A DNA stretch of 64,000 nucleotides, from NCBI GenBank assembly GCA_963693365.1, contig CAVNZM010000007.1:8553962-8617961 (forward strand), read 5' to 3'. The stretch is from Amoebidium appalachense (taxonomy: Eukaryota > Protista > Ichthyosporea). This document shows, in pieces, positions 26,666 to 52,633 of this stretch. Position numbers and translations under genes: made by a program. Each line of letters opens with the position of its first letter. The first letter of the stretch is position 1. The notes under the pieces are model-generated. The model saw nothing but the letters and a program-made list of their open reading frames with translations. It was not told the DNA's origin and searched no databases.

Positions 26666-27635
26666 CCCCGCCCGCCCGCCCCAGGGAGCACACACTGGGG
26701 GCTAATGTGTTTAGGTAAGAAATTGAAGCAAAATATTCGCACTTTGCTCCCAAGTATGGAATAATGTGCTGAGTATACAGATGGCGTACATAGTACCGTA
26801 CATGTTACAGTATTTGATTCTTATGCATGATCCCACAGCTGGCTCAGTAAATTAAATAGAGAGGAGAGGGACCCGGATTTGCGATTTCCATTAATGTTCA
26901 CCGTTAAAGAGCAACCTATCATACATGTAATTTACTAAGAGAAATTTATTTGACTACATTTTCTTTCACACCAGCAGGGCTATGACTTACACAGGTTTGA
27001 ATCGATACCATGTGGCTCTGAATAAATCTTGCCCTGCATTTTCGCACTTTCGATGAATTTCGCAACTTTGCAAGAGGTTAACTGCTATGTGTAGGGAAGA
27101 AGATTTATGTAAAGGAATATATTTCTTGTGGACGCAAGATATAAAATCCACAATAAAACTGTACGCATTGGTCTGTAGGACAATCGTGTGTTGATTTGCT
27201 TTGTTTTTGGTCGGGCAGAGGGGGGGGGGGAGGGGAGGGGGGGGGAGGGGAGGGGGGGGGGGGAGGGGAGGGGAGGGAGGGGGGGATCCAAAACATTTCC
27301 GAAGCCGAACCCAGATCTCTAACATACAGCGGTAACTGATTTGTGTTTTGCGTTTGAAAGTTTAATTCGTGCATTTCTCATTTTTACGGTAATTAAGGCC
27401 CTAGTCAAGACCAGAACAACTAATTCAACAAAAATTAAACTTAAGAGCATTTTTTGTCATCAACAACGTCAAAAACAGTTGACAAGTCATCAAAATGTGT
27501 TTTTGTTTTGTTTTGTTTTGCGTGTTATTCGAACATCATCAATACGCCATCTATTGCTCGCGAGCACCCCAAAAGGCCTCACACCGCACTATTCACACAC
27601 TTGCTTACCTATGACGTGGCCTCTCCTCACACCAC

Positions 27636-29205
27636 TCAAACCGTAACAGATTGGGTTTCCGGTGTTTCTGCAACCACATTCTGCTCCACGGTTTGATGTT
27701 CCTTCCGCAAACAAGAAGGGCTATTGCCACTTTCCCCCTTTTCCCCATCCGGAACCGCGTTTGATTCGGCCTCCCTTCTGAATATTTCCATTTGCTCGCA
27801 TTTGATTCGATCCAAATCATCCGCTGAATATCTCGGTACCGCCCACACCGTTAGTACTAGTCCCATAAGGTGCACGCCTGCACAAACAATAAGGATTTTG
27901 GGTATGCCGATAGCATCCTCCAGTGGGGGGAATGTGTAGGTGGCCAAGGCTGCACCCAACTTTCCGCATGCTGCACAGACACCGTGAAGGGTGGCTTTAA
28001 CCTGTTGAGACAAGGCCGGTTAGCTGGTTCCTAATGTAATTGTGGGGGGTGTTGTTGGCGTAAAAAAAAGTGCGGAAAGCCATGTGCCCACCAAGCGAAA
28101 AGGGGGGAGTGGAGAGGGCGAGAGGAGCCCCAGGGGAGAGGGGGGGGGGGGGGGGGGGGCACGGGAGGAGGGGGGGGGGGGGGGGGGAGGATGAGACTGA
28201 GCAATGAAACAAGGTGGGATGGAAAGGACGAAGGAGACTAGCTATAGTGGTAGGAAAGGCGGGCGGGCCGGGGGGGGGGGGGGGGGGGGGGGAAGGGGGG
28301 GGGGGGAGAGGAGAGGGAGGGGCACGGAGGAGGGGGGAGGGGGGTGGGGGGAGGGAGGGAGGAAGGGAGGGGGGGTGGGGGATCGGGGAGAGGGGGGGGG
28401 GGACGGGGGAAAGAGAAGCCTCGGGGGGGTGTTGGGAGCAAAGAATGAGGAGAGGGCAAGAAGAAACTTGGTGTCGATTTCAGAAACAATGAAGTGAAGG
28501 AGAAGAAGCACTAGTGCAGATGAACGGGACGGAGGAAAGAAAACATGGGGGCAGGTAGTGCAAATGTGAGGGGTAGGGGGGGTGGGGAAAGGCCCCCGGA
28601 GTGGGGGGTGGGGGGGGGGGGGGGGGGAAGGGGGGGGGAAGAGGAGAGGGGAGACGGCATTGGAATAACTTAAAATCACACAAGGACCCGAAGGAGGGGC
28701 GAGAGGCGGGGCGGAAGCGGGGTGTGTGTGTGTTGGAGAGGGGGAGGGGAGGGGAGGGCAGGGGGGAGGGTCCAAACCTCAGCAGGATAGTATTCTCCGG
28801 GAATGATGTAGGTGGTAGCATTGGGTCCAAAGTTCGAAAACAAAAACGTAAAACCATAGAGGGTGATGAAAAGGGCAGGCATACTCTGCAGGGCGTCAAA
28901 TTCAAACCCAAGAATGGCAAACAGAACGAGAAGAATAGAAAACCCTCCTGTTTGTAGGTTTTTGCGGCCGATGGGGTCGAGAAATGCGACGGTGAGGAAG
29001 TAACCCGGCAGGGCGATAAGAGCCAAGATGAATGCGTTGAGAGCTTTGGCTTCCAGTGTGTTTCCTAGGCCCATCACCCTACACCCCTGCGGGTTAGTTG
29101 CTCTCTCTCTTGCTCTCTCTCTCTCTCTCTCTCTCCCTCTCCCTCTTCCCCTCTCTCCCTCTCCCCCTCTCTCTCCCTCCCTCCCTCCCTCTCTCTCTCT
29201 CTCTC

Positions 29206-29272
<67 letters not shown>

Positions 29273-32200
29273 CACATGTATATCATATATATCCTCCCCC
29301 CCTCTCCCCCTCCCCCGTCTCTCTCTCTCCCCCCCTCCCCCTCTCCCCCCTCTCCCCCCCTTCCCCTCTCCCCATTCCCTCCCCTTCCCCCCTCTCCCTG
29401 CCTATGATAGATGCGCTGTGTATATGATCTGCAACATGCGGTTACAAGATAGGTACCTAAGTCCACACGTGCACCAAACAAACACATGAGGAAAACTAGT
29501 GCATACTATGGGGTTTACAATGGATATGCGGTAGAGAGTGAGGTACGGTATCAGATCACTACATGCAGTCCGTGCGCACGTGCAAATGCGGAGCATGATA
29601 GTCTAAACTTTGAGGGGTTCTGTTTGCGGAGCATTCACATGTCAAACAACACGTCCGTACATGTATCGAGGCATAGTTATTAGTCATAAATAACGCAAAA
29701 GATGTAATTGGTTAATTATAAATCATTTAGTCATAAAATACCGTGCGCAAAAGATGCAGTGTTATGAGCAGCACCGAATGCTCACGATTGCAGGAAAACG
29801 TAGACACTGGGGAGCTTCAAAATCACCAAATTATCGACCAATAGACATGAGTAGGAATATAGTACTTACTCTGTGATGTGAGCGGTAAACAACCCATTTC
29901 CAAAAAAGGTAACATCCAATAGAAACCACGTCCCAGCCGTGCCCAGTAGAGGCTTCCAGAACACCCTGGGTGCAGCCAGCAAATTTCTCGTATGTGACGA
30001 GCGTGCTGCTTTTGCTTCTTGGAAGTCGTGTGTTTCTTCCATCGTCCACCGGAGATAAACACAGCTGAGTGAGGGAAGCGCACCAAAGGCAAGCCCAAAC
30101 CGCCATGTGAACTCGTACGAGGCACCCCTGTGTGTTGTATTGCACGGATTAATTTAGCAACGTTATTAACAGTCTCTTGAACTGCCAATAAAATGCATAC
30201 AGCTTCACCTGCACCGTCTTGCCTGTATGTCATGGTTAAGCTGCTGGAACCAAGGATGTGTGTAATAAAAGGTATTCTGTGCTCATAGATACTTGCTGCA
30301 AAGTTTCCGACTACACTGTGCAAAAAACATGATGGCACAATCCCTCCCCCTCCTCCCCAACCCCTCCCCCCTCCCCCCCTTCCCCCCAACACACACACAC
30401 GCCTCCCACCCCCCTCCCCCGGGGGCCCACACTGCACCCCGAAAAAGAAAAAGAATAAAACAGTTAATACGTTTTTCTTGTTTTTTTCGTATCGCCTCCC
30501 CTGTGTCACTCACACCTTGCAAAACACACCAGTTACACCCCCACCCGAATGAAACACACATACTGGCACACGCGTACGATTCATCAGCTCTGCATCATCC
30601 CTCTCCAAGTCTAGTGGAGCCCCAAAAAATATTTTCCCCGCCAAACACCCGTCCTGACAAATCCTTCCCTGGCACGGGGGTGTACTTACGCTTTCACGCA
30701 CACCAGCATCACAGCAGTTGCCAGCAAGGCCCCCACCCCCTGCATAGAAAACACGGCCGCCATAGCTCTCCCGCGTGTTTTTGGTGTCGATGATTCGCAC
30801 GCAATCGTAGCAGCCAACGGGTATTCCCCACCCACACCAACCCCAAGAATAAACCTCCATATGGCCAACTGGGTATACACGCTAACATGTTGCGTCTGCA
30901 CACACGTGCACGAACCGAGTGCACCTATGGTGATAAACAGACATGTTGAGAAAAAACACACACGACGGCCCATATAGTCGGCAAAGGTGCCAAAAAATAG
31001 CTGGCCCAAAACGGCCCCCCATAGGACGGTGGATGCAACCGCACTCTTGTCAGTGGATGTTTGGGGATATATCTGATGGCACAAGACCCGGTTACTGAAA
31101 TGTCCAGAACTCGAACGGTTGACAAAGCCCATTGTTTCGACGCGTCAACTTTGAATCCGAGGTGCCTACATATTCAATTAATGCATGCAAACACACCATA
31201 GCAACTGGTTCGCCGACGGGGTACCAGCTATCAAACAGAAGGTTGAAAGTGCATAGCGGGGTGAATGCGCATTTATACAGGTGTGATCACATTTAAAAAA
31301 CTGCAGCTGTGATTGCATACAACACACGCGTTGACACGCTCAATACATGCCTGCGCATGATACGCACATGCAACAGTACACATCCACGGCAACGCATAAC
31401 CGGGCCTTGCACCATGCCACGTATGGAAGTGCGTAAAACGGACATGCACACACACCAGCGGGCCCATTAAACACACCCACACACACATGTCCCGTGGTGC
31501 AGACAGTGAGAGATCTGTAACTTTGTATAAAACGAAAATGCGCGCCGATGATGCACACGAACACGAACACATAGCCTAAGGGCAGGCATGTGCATACCAT
31601 GATATGAACTATCAGATCCTGGTCGTGCGCACCAACACACAGCGGCAATGAACCCTCACAGTTGATTGCCACAAGCCCTGTGTGGCATCACGTGCACACT
31701 AAAATACAAAGCCTACTGCCAGACCTACTTGCTAAGGTTGGACGCCCCAGTTTCACCCAGATAGCAAAAGCCCCTACGTATGTAGCACATTAATTTTGGT
31801 CTATAACGATTGCTTCAGTCGATGATACATGGAGCTACATAGCATCCACACGCACAACTACGTGCACCTTGCACGCAGCACACGATGGCATGCACGAATT
31901 TGCCCCAGGTGACAAGTGTGCTGAATGAAGCAGCAGGTCACAACCACATGCATTATGGTCTATAGCCCCCCTAGCTTAGCACTTATCTAGTTTGAAGGCA
32001 TACCCGCATCATATGGAGGCATTCCATACAGAAACAAACCATTCAGGTACAGAATGAGGTCTAGACCCATTGCAGGACCTCGAGCGCATGCAAAGTCTTC
32101 TCACATACATAGCCATTTCTATTTGTTCCTGCTCTTTAAAGTTGTGTTTTTTTCGGGGGTGGGGAATATGATACTCTCGAGGGAAAAATACTAGCTTAAA

Positions 32201-32512
32201 AGAGCAACATACCTCAGCCATGACGGCGAGAACCATGTTGATAACGAAGAGGGCATATGCATCGGCAAGAAAGCCGGCCCCGGCAAGGATCACCCGCTCA
32301 AATTGCCGTGCCGCCTTTGCTGCTTTGTGTCTGTAGGCATGGGGAGGCCCAACACTGGCAACAGACGAAGGGCAACTTGCAGTCGTGCGCGGCATGTCAA
32401 AAGCGTCAGAGTTTGGGTCGGAGTCAAAGCTAGCACCCTCATCGTTGTCGTGGACGTGGCAGTCGTCTATGTGTATCTCCGCCCCCTGCAGTTTCTTTGT
32501 GGGTGGATCCAT
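27636..32512 (-). CDS. PHO84: MFS phosphate:H+ symporter family protein (PHO84/PHT1-like), 5 exons
   Basis: Exons 32512-32213, 31072-30690, 30127-29870, 29078-28778 and 28001-27636 are in phase. Motifs: AGAGFLADAYALF, GQLFFGTFADYMGRR, WRFILGVGVGGEYPLAATI, RGRAMAAVFSMQGVG, LLGTAGTWFLLDVTFFG, NFGPNATTYIIPGEYYP and HGVCAACGKLGA. Confidence 0.92.
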
Positions 32513-33614
32513 CTTTTCAGCTGCAGACGTCAATTACGGAGGGCGTAGGGTGGTAGCTCGGTGCAAGAAACTGTGCACATGCATGTAAACCGTGAGAACC
32601 GCTACATTCATGCACCCGCCCACAATATTTGACGGGCTTCAAATGGTTCTAGGTGTTAATCGGTAATGATGCAGCAATAACTCTGCAAGGCTGCTGTGGT
32701 TTTGTTTTCGTTCAAGTTGAACGAGTTTTGTGAGATTTTGTGGAGATTACCGTAATGTTACGTGCACAAGCATGCAACTACAACTGCAACTGTCACTTAC
32801 GAGTGCCTGACGCTAGCAATTGAAACAGTTAGGCATTCTTTATGAGTGTGCTTCATAGTACTCTCTGTTTGTTTTCAACAACGTCGCTAGTTTGCAACAG
32901 AAACTTCACAATCAGTTCTTTACCGATACCAAATGAATGTGATGTGACGTGAAGGTCAGCTGGTGTCGATACCTTGAATGCTTTCCAAATTTCGAATGAT
33001 TGGCCATTGGTTAACTTTTTGAATAGCTTTTCGGTGGTTCAAACACATGACAAATATCTAATCACGATCTCTATCGAAAACCACGACGGCGTGACACAGA
33101 TACGTTATTTCGCCGGAAAAAACGGCAGGTGATGACAACGGGGATGTGTCAGGATGCCTTTTCATTAATACAAACTGCCTAATTACCCCCTTTTATTTGT
33201 TTTTTGTGCCTTTTTTCCCAGAAATAAATGACAAACGAACGAGGCTGTAAGAACACGCGGCAGCAAATTCCGATAACATTTTCCAGGATGTTCGGGGATG
33301 ATGCGGCTTTTATCTTCGACAAATAAGAATCTATCAAAAAAAGCCATATGAGTCAAGTTCGAGGATCCCCTAAAACTCATATGTGTGGGGCGAGTCGTAT
33401 TTATGTAACAGCGAGCGGATTTACGATTTTCCAGTTTCGACATTTATGCCACGTAAAATTCCGTTACAGACATAGGACTGCATGTAGTTCTACATATAGT
33501 AAAAATCAATAAATTTCCACTAAATATGGGTATTTTGGTAGGAGGGGGCTCCATTTTCCGTACTTAATAATTACATACTGTTACGCACATATGGAAACGG
33601 GGTCTAAGATTCCC

Positions 33615-34879
33615 TTAACCGAAGATGTCATGCACCAGATGCTTCGTCAGGTGGATCAATGGTGCACCGAGAATCTCATGACAGTCGGAATTGCAAAGTG
33701 TGCTACTTTTTCGAAGAACACTTCCTTTCGATTGGCCGGCCTTCCTATTCCTGTTCAGAGCACCTATGACTATTTGGGTATTCCTTTTACTGCACGGGGT
33801 ATTGATTTCCGCAAGCTCCTCACGGCACGGATCGCTCGTGCGAAGGGTAAGCTTCACATCGTGTCAAATATGTTTCAACAGGAGTCTGTGATCCATCCTG
33901 CGAACCTTCTTCTCTACTATAAAACTTTTTTACGGCCGACTTTCGAATATGGACTTCCGCTATTGGCCTGCGCCCCACCTCGCGAGGCGGCAATGGCGCT
34001 GAACGAGTTCGACGATTTTCAGGGTACTGCGTTACGCACTTTGTTTCGTACTCGGTTTGTGCCTCCCTTAATCAGTATGTTTGGATTGTCGTCTGCTGTT
34101 TGTCGTATGGAGGAATCGTCTCTTCGTTTTTGTTTTCATTTAGTTAGGCTACCTGATGGTCACCCTCTTTATGCTTTCTTTCCCCCCCTCCCTCCATCCC
34201 TCTTCCCCCCCGATTCACCAACGCTACTTCTGAATGTCCTCAGCCTACCCTCTTTCCACCTGATTCTTCCTCTCGCTATATATCTCACTCCCTCTAGATT
34301 CCTTTCTCTTCCTGTTTTTTCTGCCTTTTCGCGTTATTACCATACGCAGTATAAGTTTCTTTCTCGTTCTGATAGACAAATCAAAGGTAAAACTCAGTCG
34401 GCATGTGTTATGTTCCTTAGGCAACACCGTACTGATCACTATCTTTGGCAGGATACATTTCTCCTGCTGTACGTATGGATACCACCCTAGTAGATAAGTC
34501 TGTATGGTGCTCTGATGTTGATATTGCCTGGGAAGTTGTGCAGTGGCGCTGTAATTCTTGTTTTCATCGCCGCTGGTGCCACTTTTGTGCTGACCTTTTT
34601 AATCGCAAGCATGTTGATAGGTGTGAATTTTTATGTCGCGTTTTACCTCTTTCCCTCCGGGTATGTGCTACACTAGCTGGCAATGTGAACACTTTAGACT
34701 TTTTGTTGAATTCTGTTGGTCGTCACATTGAGTATTTATATGATTTTCACACAGTGTTCAGGTATCTCAGTATGCACTTGTTACTGGATAACTCGTGAAG
34801 TTTTTGTTGTCTTCTCCGTATGCCGTGCATACTTGCATCTCTTTCCGTTGAATAAATCCAGTCAAAAGAAGAAAAAAAA
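33615..34879 (+). mobile_element. 5'-truncated non-LTR retrotransposon (LINE): RT C-terminus/thumb and C-terminal Cys/His motif, A-rich tail, 9-bp TSD
   Basis: ORF 33591-34490 contains WCTENLMTVGIAKC, YDYLG and LLYYKTFLRPTFEYG (RT domains 6-7 and thumb). A second frame carries CHFCADLFNRKHVDRC. AATAAA is followed by an A-rich tail at 34864-34880. AAGATTCCC is duplicated at 33606-33614 and 34880-34888, so the ATG at 33591 comes from flanking DNA. Confidence 0.88.
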
Positions 34880-35249
34880 AAGATTCCCGGGAAAGCAGGT
34901 ACGCGTCAAACGGACGCCCGCCTACTTAGAAGTGTTGGGGGATCCAGTTCGACAGGATTCTACAAATCACGGATTTCGCGTCAGCTGATTACCGGCTGGC
35001 TCATCGTTGTGGACCGGGTACTAGCAAACCCATTGGCACAAACTAAAGTGGCTTAGAGACTTATCTAGGACCATAAAATCCAGTATCATGTTTGAAAATA
35101 TCGATGGAAGGGGGAAGTGGGCTCATTGCAGGGATTTCTGCATAGCCAACCCCATGCTGGTCAGTGCTCACTGCAATCTCAAAATTCCATTCTCAACAGC
35201 TGACCACCAGGGCTCACTGGATGATTGGGCAGATCTTGGGATGCATGGA

Positions 35250-35388
35250 CAGGGTTCGAATTTGTTTTTGAAACTTTGGGGTAGGGTCCAAATTGTTTGG
35301 GATTTGCCAAAGAAAAATTGGGATCTTTGGGAATCCAGGGAAAAAGTTTGGGAGATTCCCAAACTTTTTATGGGAATTTCGATCCCTG
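35250..35388. mobile_element. 139-bp hAT-type MITE
   Basis: TIRs CAGGGTTCGAATTT and AATTTCGATCCCTG. 8-bp flanks TGCATGGA (35242-35249) and CGCATGGA (35389-35396) match at 7/8. Internal TTTGGG(A) subterminal repeats. Confidence 0.75.
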
Positions 35389-36377
35389 CGCATGGATAAA
35401 CTGAGCCGCTGTTACAATCGGGCGTTACCGATAGAACGGAAACCCTTATATGTATAATATGTGCAAGTAATTTCTTTATATTCTTTGCTCATCTGTAAAA
35501 TGGTTCCCAAATACGACGTATAATTTCTCACCAGGCAGCCAGGTCTCTTGTCTATGTCTACATACTACTACCACTGTTGTAGCCATTCTGCGAATCCGAG
35601 TGTCTCAAATAGATCTACAGCCGGAGCTGCGCAGGCTCCGAGCTCGTGAGGACTCGCGATCGAAACTACCGGCGTACGTACTGCGAACGGTACCGGTGGG
35701 GGCCAGGCGCTGCACGTCGACGATAAGGCTTCCGGGCCCCTTTGGAACCCTATTCACTGCATTAGCATGTATACATATATATGAGTATGTACGTATATGT
35801 ATACCCAAAGTGTGATTGCTTGGTTTGAACTCGCTATCGAACAATATGTACATGGCGAGGTGCCGCTGCCGGCTCCGGATCCTGGCAGCTGGGGGCGAAC
35901 ATGTAGCAAGCCCAACACGGCCAACAGGCCGTGTTGGCCCGAAGCTTGTACAAGCGCGTGTGTGCGTTTTTGTGTGCGTGCGTGTGTGCGTGTGTGTGTG
36001 TTTGTATGTGTGTGCGTGCGTGGGATGTGCGTGCGTGTGTGTGTGTGTGCGTGTGCATAATATGTGCATGCGTACGAATCCGTGTCACTGATGTGTGCTC
36101 GCGCTCGTGTGACGGTGACAGAGTGCGCGTGCTTGCGTGTGCATACGCGTGTGCGTGCGTGTGTGCGTGTGTGCGTGCACACGCCTCAGGTGTGTGTGTG
36201 GAATCATGCCACACACGTGTGCGCTGCCTGGGCGTATGCGTGTTATTACTCTATGTGCAATCAATATCATGCTAATGAATGTAACCCAGTAGCACAACAG
36301 CTCTAGATCTCGTTGCAACAAAATGGAGGCTTTTAGGTCCTAGGATCCGGATGCATGACACAAACATGCATCTTCAG

Positions 36378-36430
<53 letters not shown>

Positions 36431-37191
36431 CTCCCCCCCGGAAGCTCCTCTCTCTCTCTCTCTAAAAAAAAAAAGAAAAAAAAAAAAAGAAAAAAAGAAA
36501 AAAAAAAGAAAAAAAAAAAGGAGGGGTACAATATGAAAGAGGGTAAGACAATGAACTAAATTACATAAATGTCCTGCTGCAAGAGTCTTTATCTACTCTG
36601 GCCTGCAGAGGAATAATATGGCAAACAATGTCTGCCAAGACGGGTTGGTTCCAACCGCATCCCAACCGCAGCCCTTGCCTATACGGGCTGAGGATTGACA
36701 AACTACGTATCATACATGTACATGTATATCCTACGTGTGCCTTATTTACTGCAAGAGGTTCTCTACACAGATCACGTGATCCCCGTCCATCTCTCCCCCC
36801 CCCTCCCCAAACACCCCCCCACCCACCCACCCACCTCTCCCTCTCCAAACACTTCTGTACATGTTTTGAGGTTGCAGAAGCCAATACGCTGTGTCTTTTT
36901 CACACTAGAAGCACTTTCTACCAACAAAACTACCAACAAAAAACGCCTCGTGGAAGAATACAAAACATTCAGAACCAGAGCCACGAAAGATGTGCACCGT
37001 TTAAAATGCTATTATCAGCAACGAGAACGGCCATTCAGACACACGTGTACAGGCAAACTGTGTGTATGTCATTCAGATGAGTGGTGAGGGAATGAGGGAA
37101 AAATGGAGAGTGAAGTGAGAAAGAAGAGCAGAATGAAGAAGCAAGAACTTCTTTTCTTTCCGGTCTTCTTTGTTGTGTGTGTATGCGTGTT

Positions 37192-37281
<90 letters not shown>

Positions 37282-37498
37282 GTGGGGGGAGGGGGGGGGG
37301 GGGGGGGGGGGTTGCTTCATTCAGAAACGTGCAAAAATGTCAGACGGGAATAATGCCTCCAAACCCTTCACCCGTTCCGATCTTGCACCCACGGTATGGC
37401 TTTAGTGCGCCTCCCAGTGCAATGCAGTGGTGGGGTGTCCTGGTTGATAGGTGGGTCCTGAATGGATATTGTGGGTTAGGGAGTGCAATCGGAGCCCC

Positions 37499-37534
<36 letters not shown>

Positions 37535-37608
37535 ACTACACACACCAACAAACACGAACATTCCACACCCATGACACACCTCGACATCCACCTTTACACC
37601 GACCGCAT

Positions 37609-37679
<71 letters not shown>

Positions 37680-38073
37680 CCCCACCGCGCAAAGCACACA
37701 AACAGACAAACACCATTTTCAACCTTTCTCCTGCTTTGGAGTATGTCCGCACGCGCTGAAGGTATAAACAATTGCAAACGACTAACATAGGCTAGAATGC
37801 AGCACAGCACACAGCTCCCCGTAATAGACGGAGTGTTCTTTATAATTGGGTTTCAGGTTTAGATAGTGGTGGCGGTGGGTGTGCGAACGTGCGCCAGTGT
37901 GTGTGTGTGCCGAATTGTGTGTGTGTACACACCGCAAGGTTTCCCTCCCTCCGTTCCTTTTCTCTTTTTTTTCACGCACTACTTGTTTCCATTTTCTTCT
38001 TCATCACCTTTTCGCCTTCCTCCTCTTTTTCTTACTCCCCCCCTCCCCCCCGCCCCATTTTCTTCTCCCCCCC

Positions 38074-38118
<45 letters not shown>

Positions 38119-38175
38119 ATATTTTCACGTGGGCGCCTTTTTTCCTTTTCTTTCTTTCTTTCTTTTCTTTTTTTT

Positions 38176-38223
<48 letters not shown>

Positions 38224-38250
38224 ACTTGTTTGTTAAGTTCAGGCCACAAA

Positions 38251-50875
<12,625 letters not shown>

Positions 50876-50900
50876 CTTGGACCTAAACCTTTAGATGTCT

Positions 50901-50972
<72 letters not shown>

Positions 50973-51407
50973 GGAGTGTGGTCCAAAGGGTTGGGGGAGT
51001 AGGTGGATGGGTTAGGAGGGGCATGCGGGGAGGGGGGAGGGGAGGGCGGACAATAATCAGCCTCTCGGCACAGAAAAGGTTGATGTGTGCGTCGTTTCCT
51101 ACTGTCTTGTCTCAAATCCCGTTCGTGTCAGGGTAGCTTGGATCATACCTGGGAAGGTGACAGGGAAGAGAGACAGTGGGTTCGTGTGAGCCTGTGTGTG
51201 TCTCAGTGTGTGTGGACAGAGAGCACGGCAGTTAAAGTGTGTGGCGGGAAATAGTTGGTGTGTGGCTGTGGTGGTAACGAGAAAAAATTCTCGTTGAGAA
51301 GGGGTGAGCGAAAGTGGACACCAACCGAGAGAATTGGACAACATGCATGTGTTTGTTCGGACGAGCGCAAAGAGTAGTGCACGAGCGGCACCTAAGGAGG
51401 GGGAGAA

Positions 51408-51446
<39 letters not shown>

Positions 51447-52050
51447 GGAGACTATAGCAGCTATGAGAGCTCCGACAAGCTCTGGCAGCGAAAGTTGTCC
51501 ATGTGGTGTGACAGCAAGTGCTCGGGAAAAGGAACATGTTCTCCGAAAGACTAGTGATGCCGGAAGGTCGACCATAACTTTCAAGCCTGTATTTCTATTT
51601 ACAACTACACTATTGCTTACAAGAAAACTATTTGCACAAAAACACAGTTTCAGGGGCTTGACATGCTCACAAGCTCGCTAATGAAGGTGCTTCTGCACTG
51701 CAAGCTCACTTACCTGGGTGACGGCACTCACGATGTATCCCTGGCAAGCTTTATACGAATTATTGATTCCTACAAAGCCAGCGGGATAGGCCTTGCGTTT
51801 CTATCGGCTCCTATATTTAAAAACATCGAAAGCACCTATACCCGCGCTGTGTTGCCTGGAAGACCGCTGCAACTTCAAAAAGGAATTAAAGCAGACGAGA
51901 CGGTTCTACTATGATGTGTCCCTCTCGCACGGCTTCCTGGTGACTAATTGTCGCCTAGTGAACACCAATCCCTAGTCTTTCTAAAATCTACAAACAAAAA
52001 ATAAAACCATTGTCTATACACAAGCACATGCAACTAATGACATCGGCCGA

Positions 52051-52140
52051 ACACCGTGACCCCCAACTCCCTCCCTCAACTAAAAAACTGAGCCTAACAC
52101 CGTGACCCCCAGCTCCCTCCCTCAACTAAAAAACTGAGCC
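52051..52140. repeat. ~45-bp tandem duplication
   Basis: AACACCGTGACCCC.A.CTCCCTCCCTCAACTAAAAAACTGAGCC occurs twice. Confidence 0.8.
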
Positions 52141-52633
52141 CGCCGCTCGTACTACACTTGTACCTACTTGTTTGTTGACTAACCGCCAAGGTCCACAGGA
52201 CGCTCTTGCGCAAGCAAGTTGCTTTTGATTGGCTGTATACGCATCATGTCATAGGTCTCATTGGCTTATCCTGCACCCATTGATAGTGATTTTATTCAAC
52301 ATATTTCGTGCACAGCAGTTCACAGCGCACTGAGGCTGTGCTCTGGAGCCACTGTTTATCCGATGCTGTTCAGGCGAGTGTAAACAGAAGAGCCACTCAA
52401 CAACACAAAGAGAAACAAATCCACAACATACATGCTGCATATCTATGTACGTTATGTAGTGCTGTTCCCAAGACGCGTGTACGCAACTACAATTTGGCAC
52501 ATATAACTCTCGGGCAAGTTACCTATGTTAGCAAAACCGTCCCGAATATAAACTGGCTACAGCTACTGAAAACTTTGGTGGCAAAATCAAAAAATCAAGG
52601 TAGGCCTGATTCTTCATCTAACCTCCAAGTTTA

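Larger units (their letters stand above)
22273..27982. repeat. Tandem segmental duplication (~22273-24961 and ~24965-27982) covering part of CDC16 exon 1, its promoter, the intergenic region and the PHO84 last exon
   Basis: Collinear similarity: 22273-22710 with 24965-25410, 23060-23720 with 26500-27195, and 23770-24425 with 27283-27950. Confidence 0.9.

Noticed and set aside
33591-34490. Intact host gene of 299 aa
   Set aside because: It lacks the RT catalytic core, and the TSD and A-rich tail identify it as a truncated LINE.
51736-51749. RFX autoregulatory X-box upstream of RFX (GTATCCCTGGCAAG)
   Set aside because: It misses the invariant RGYAAC half-site and is too degenerate to call.
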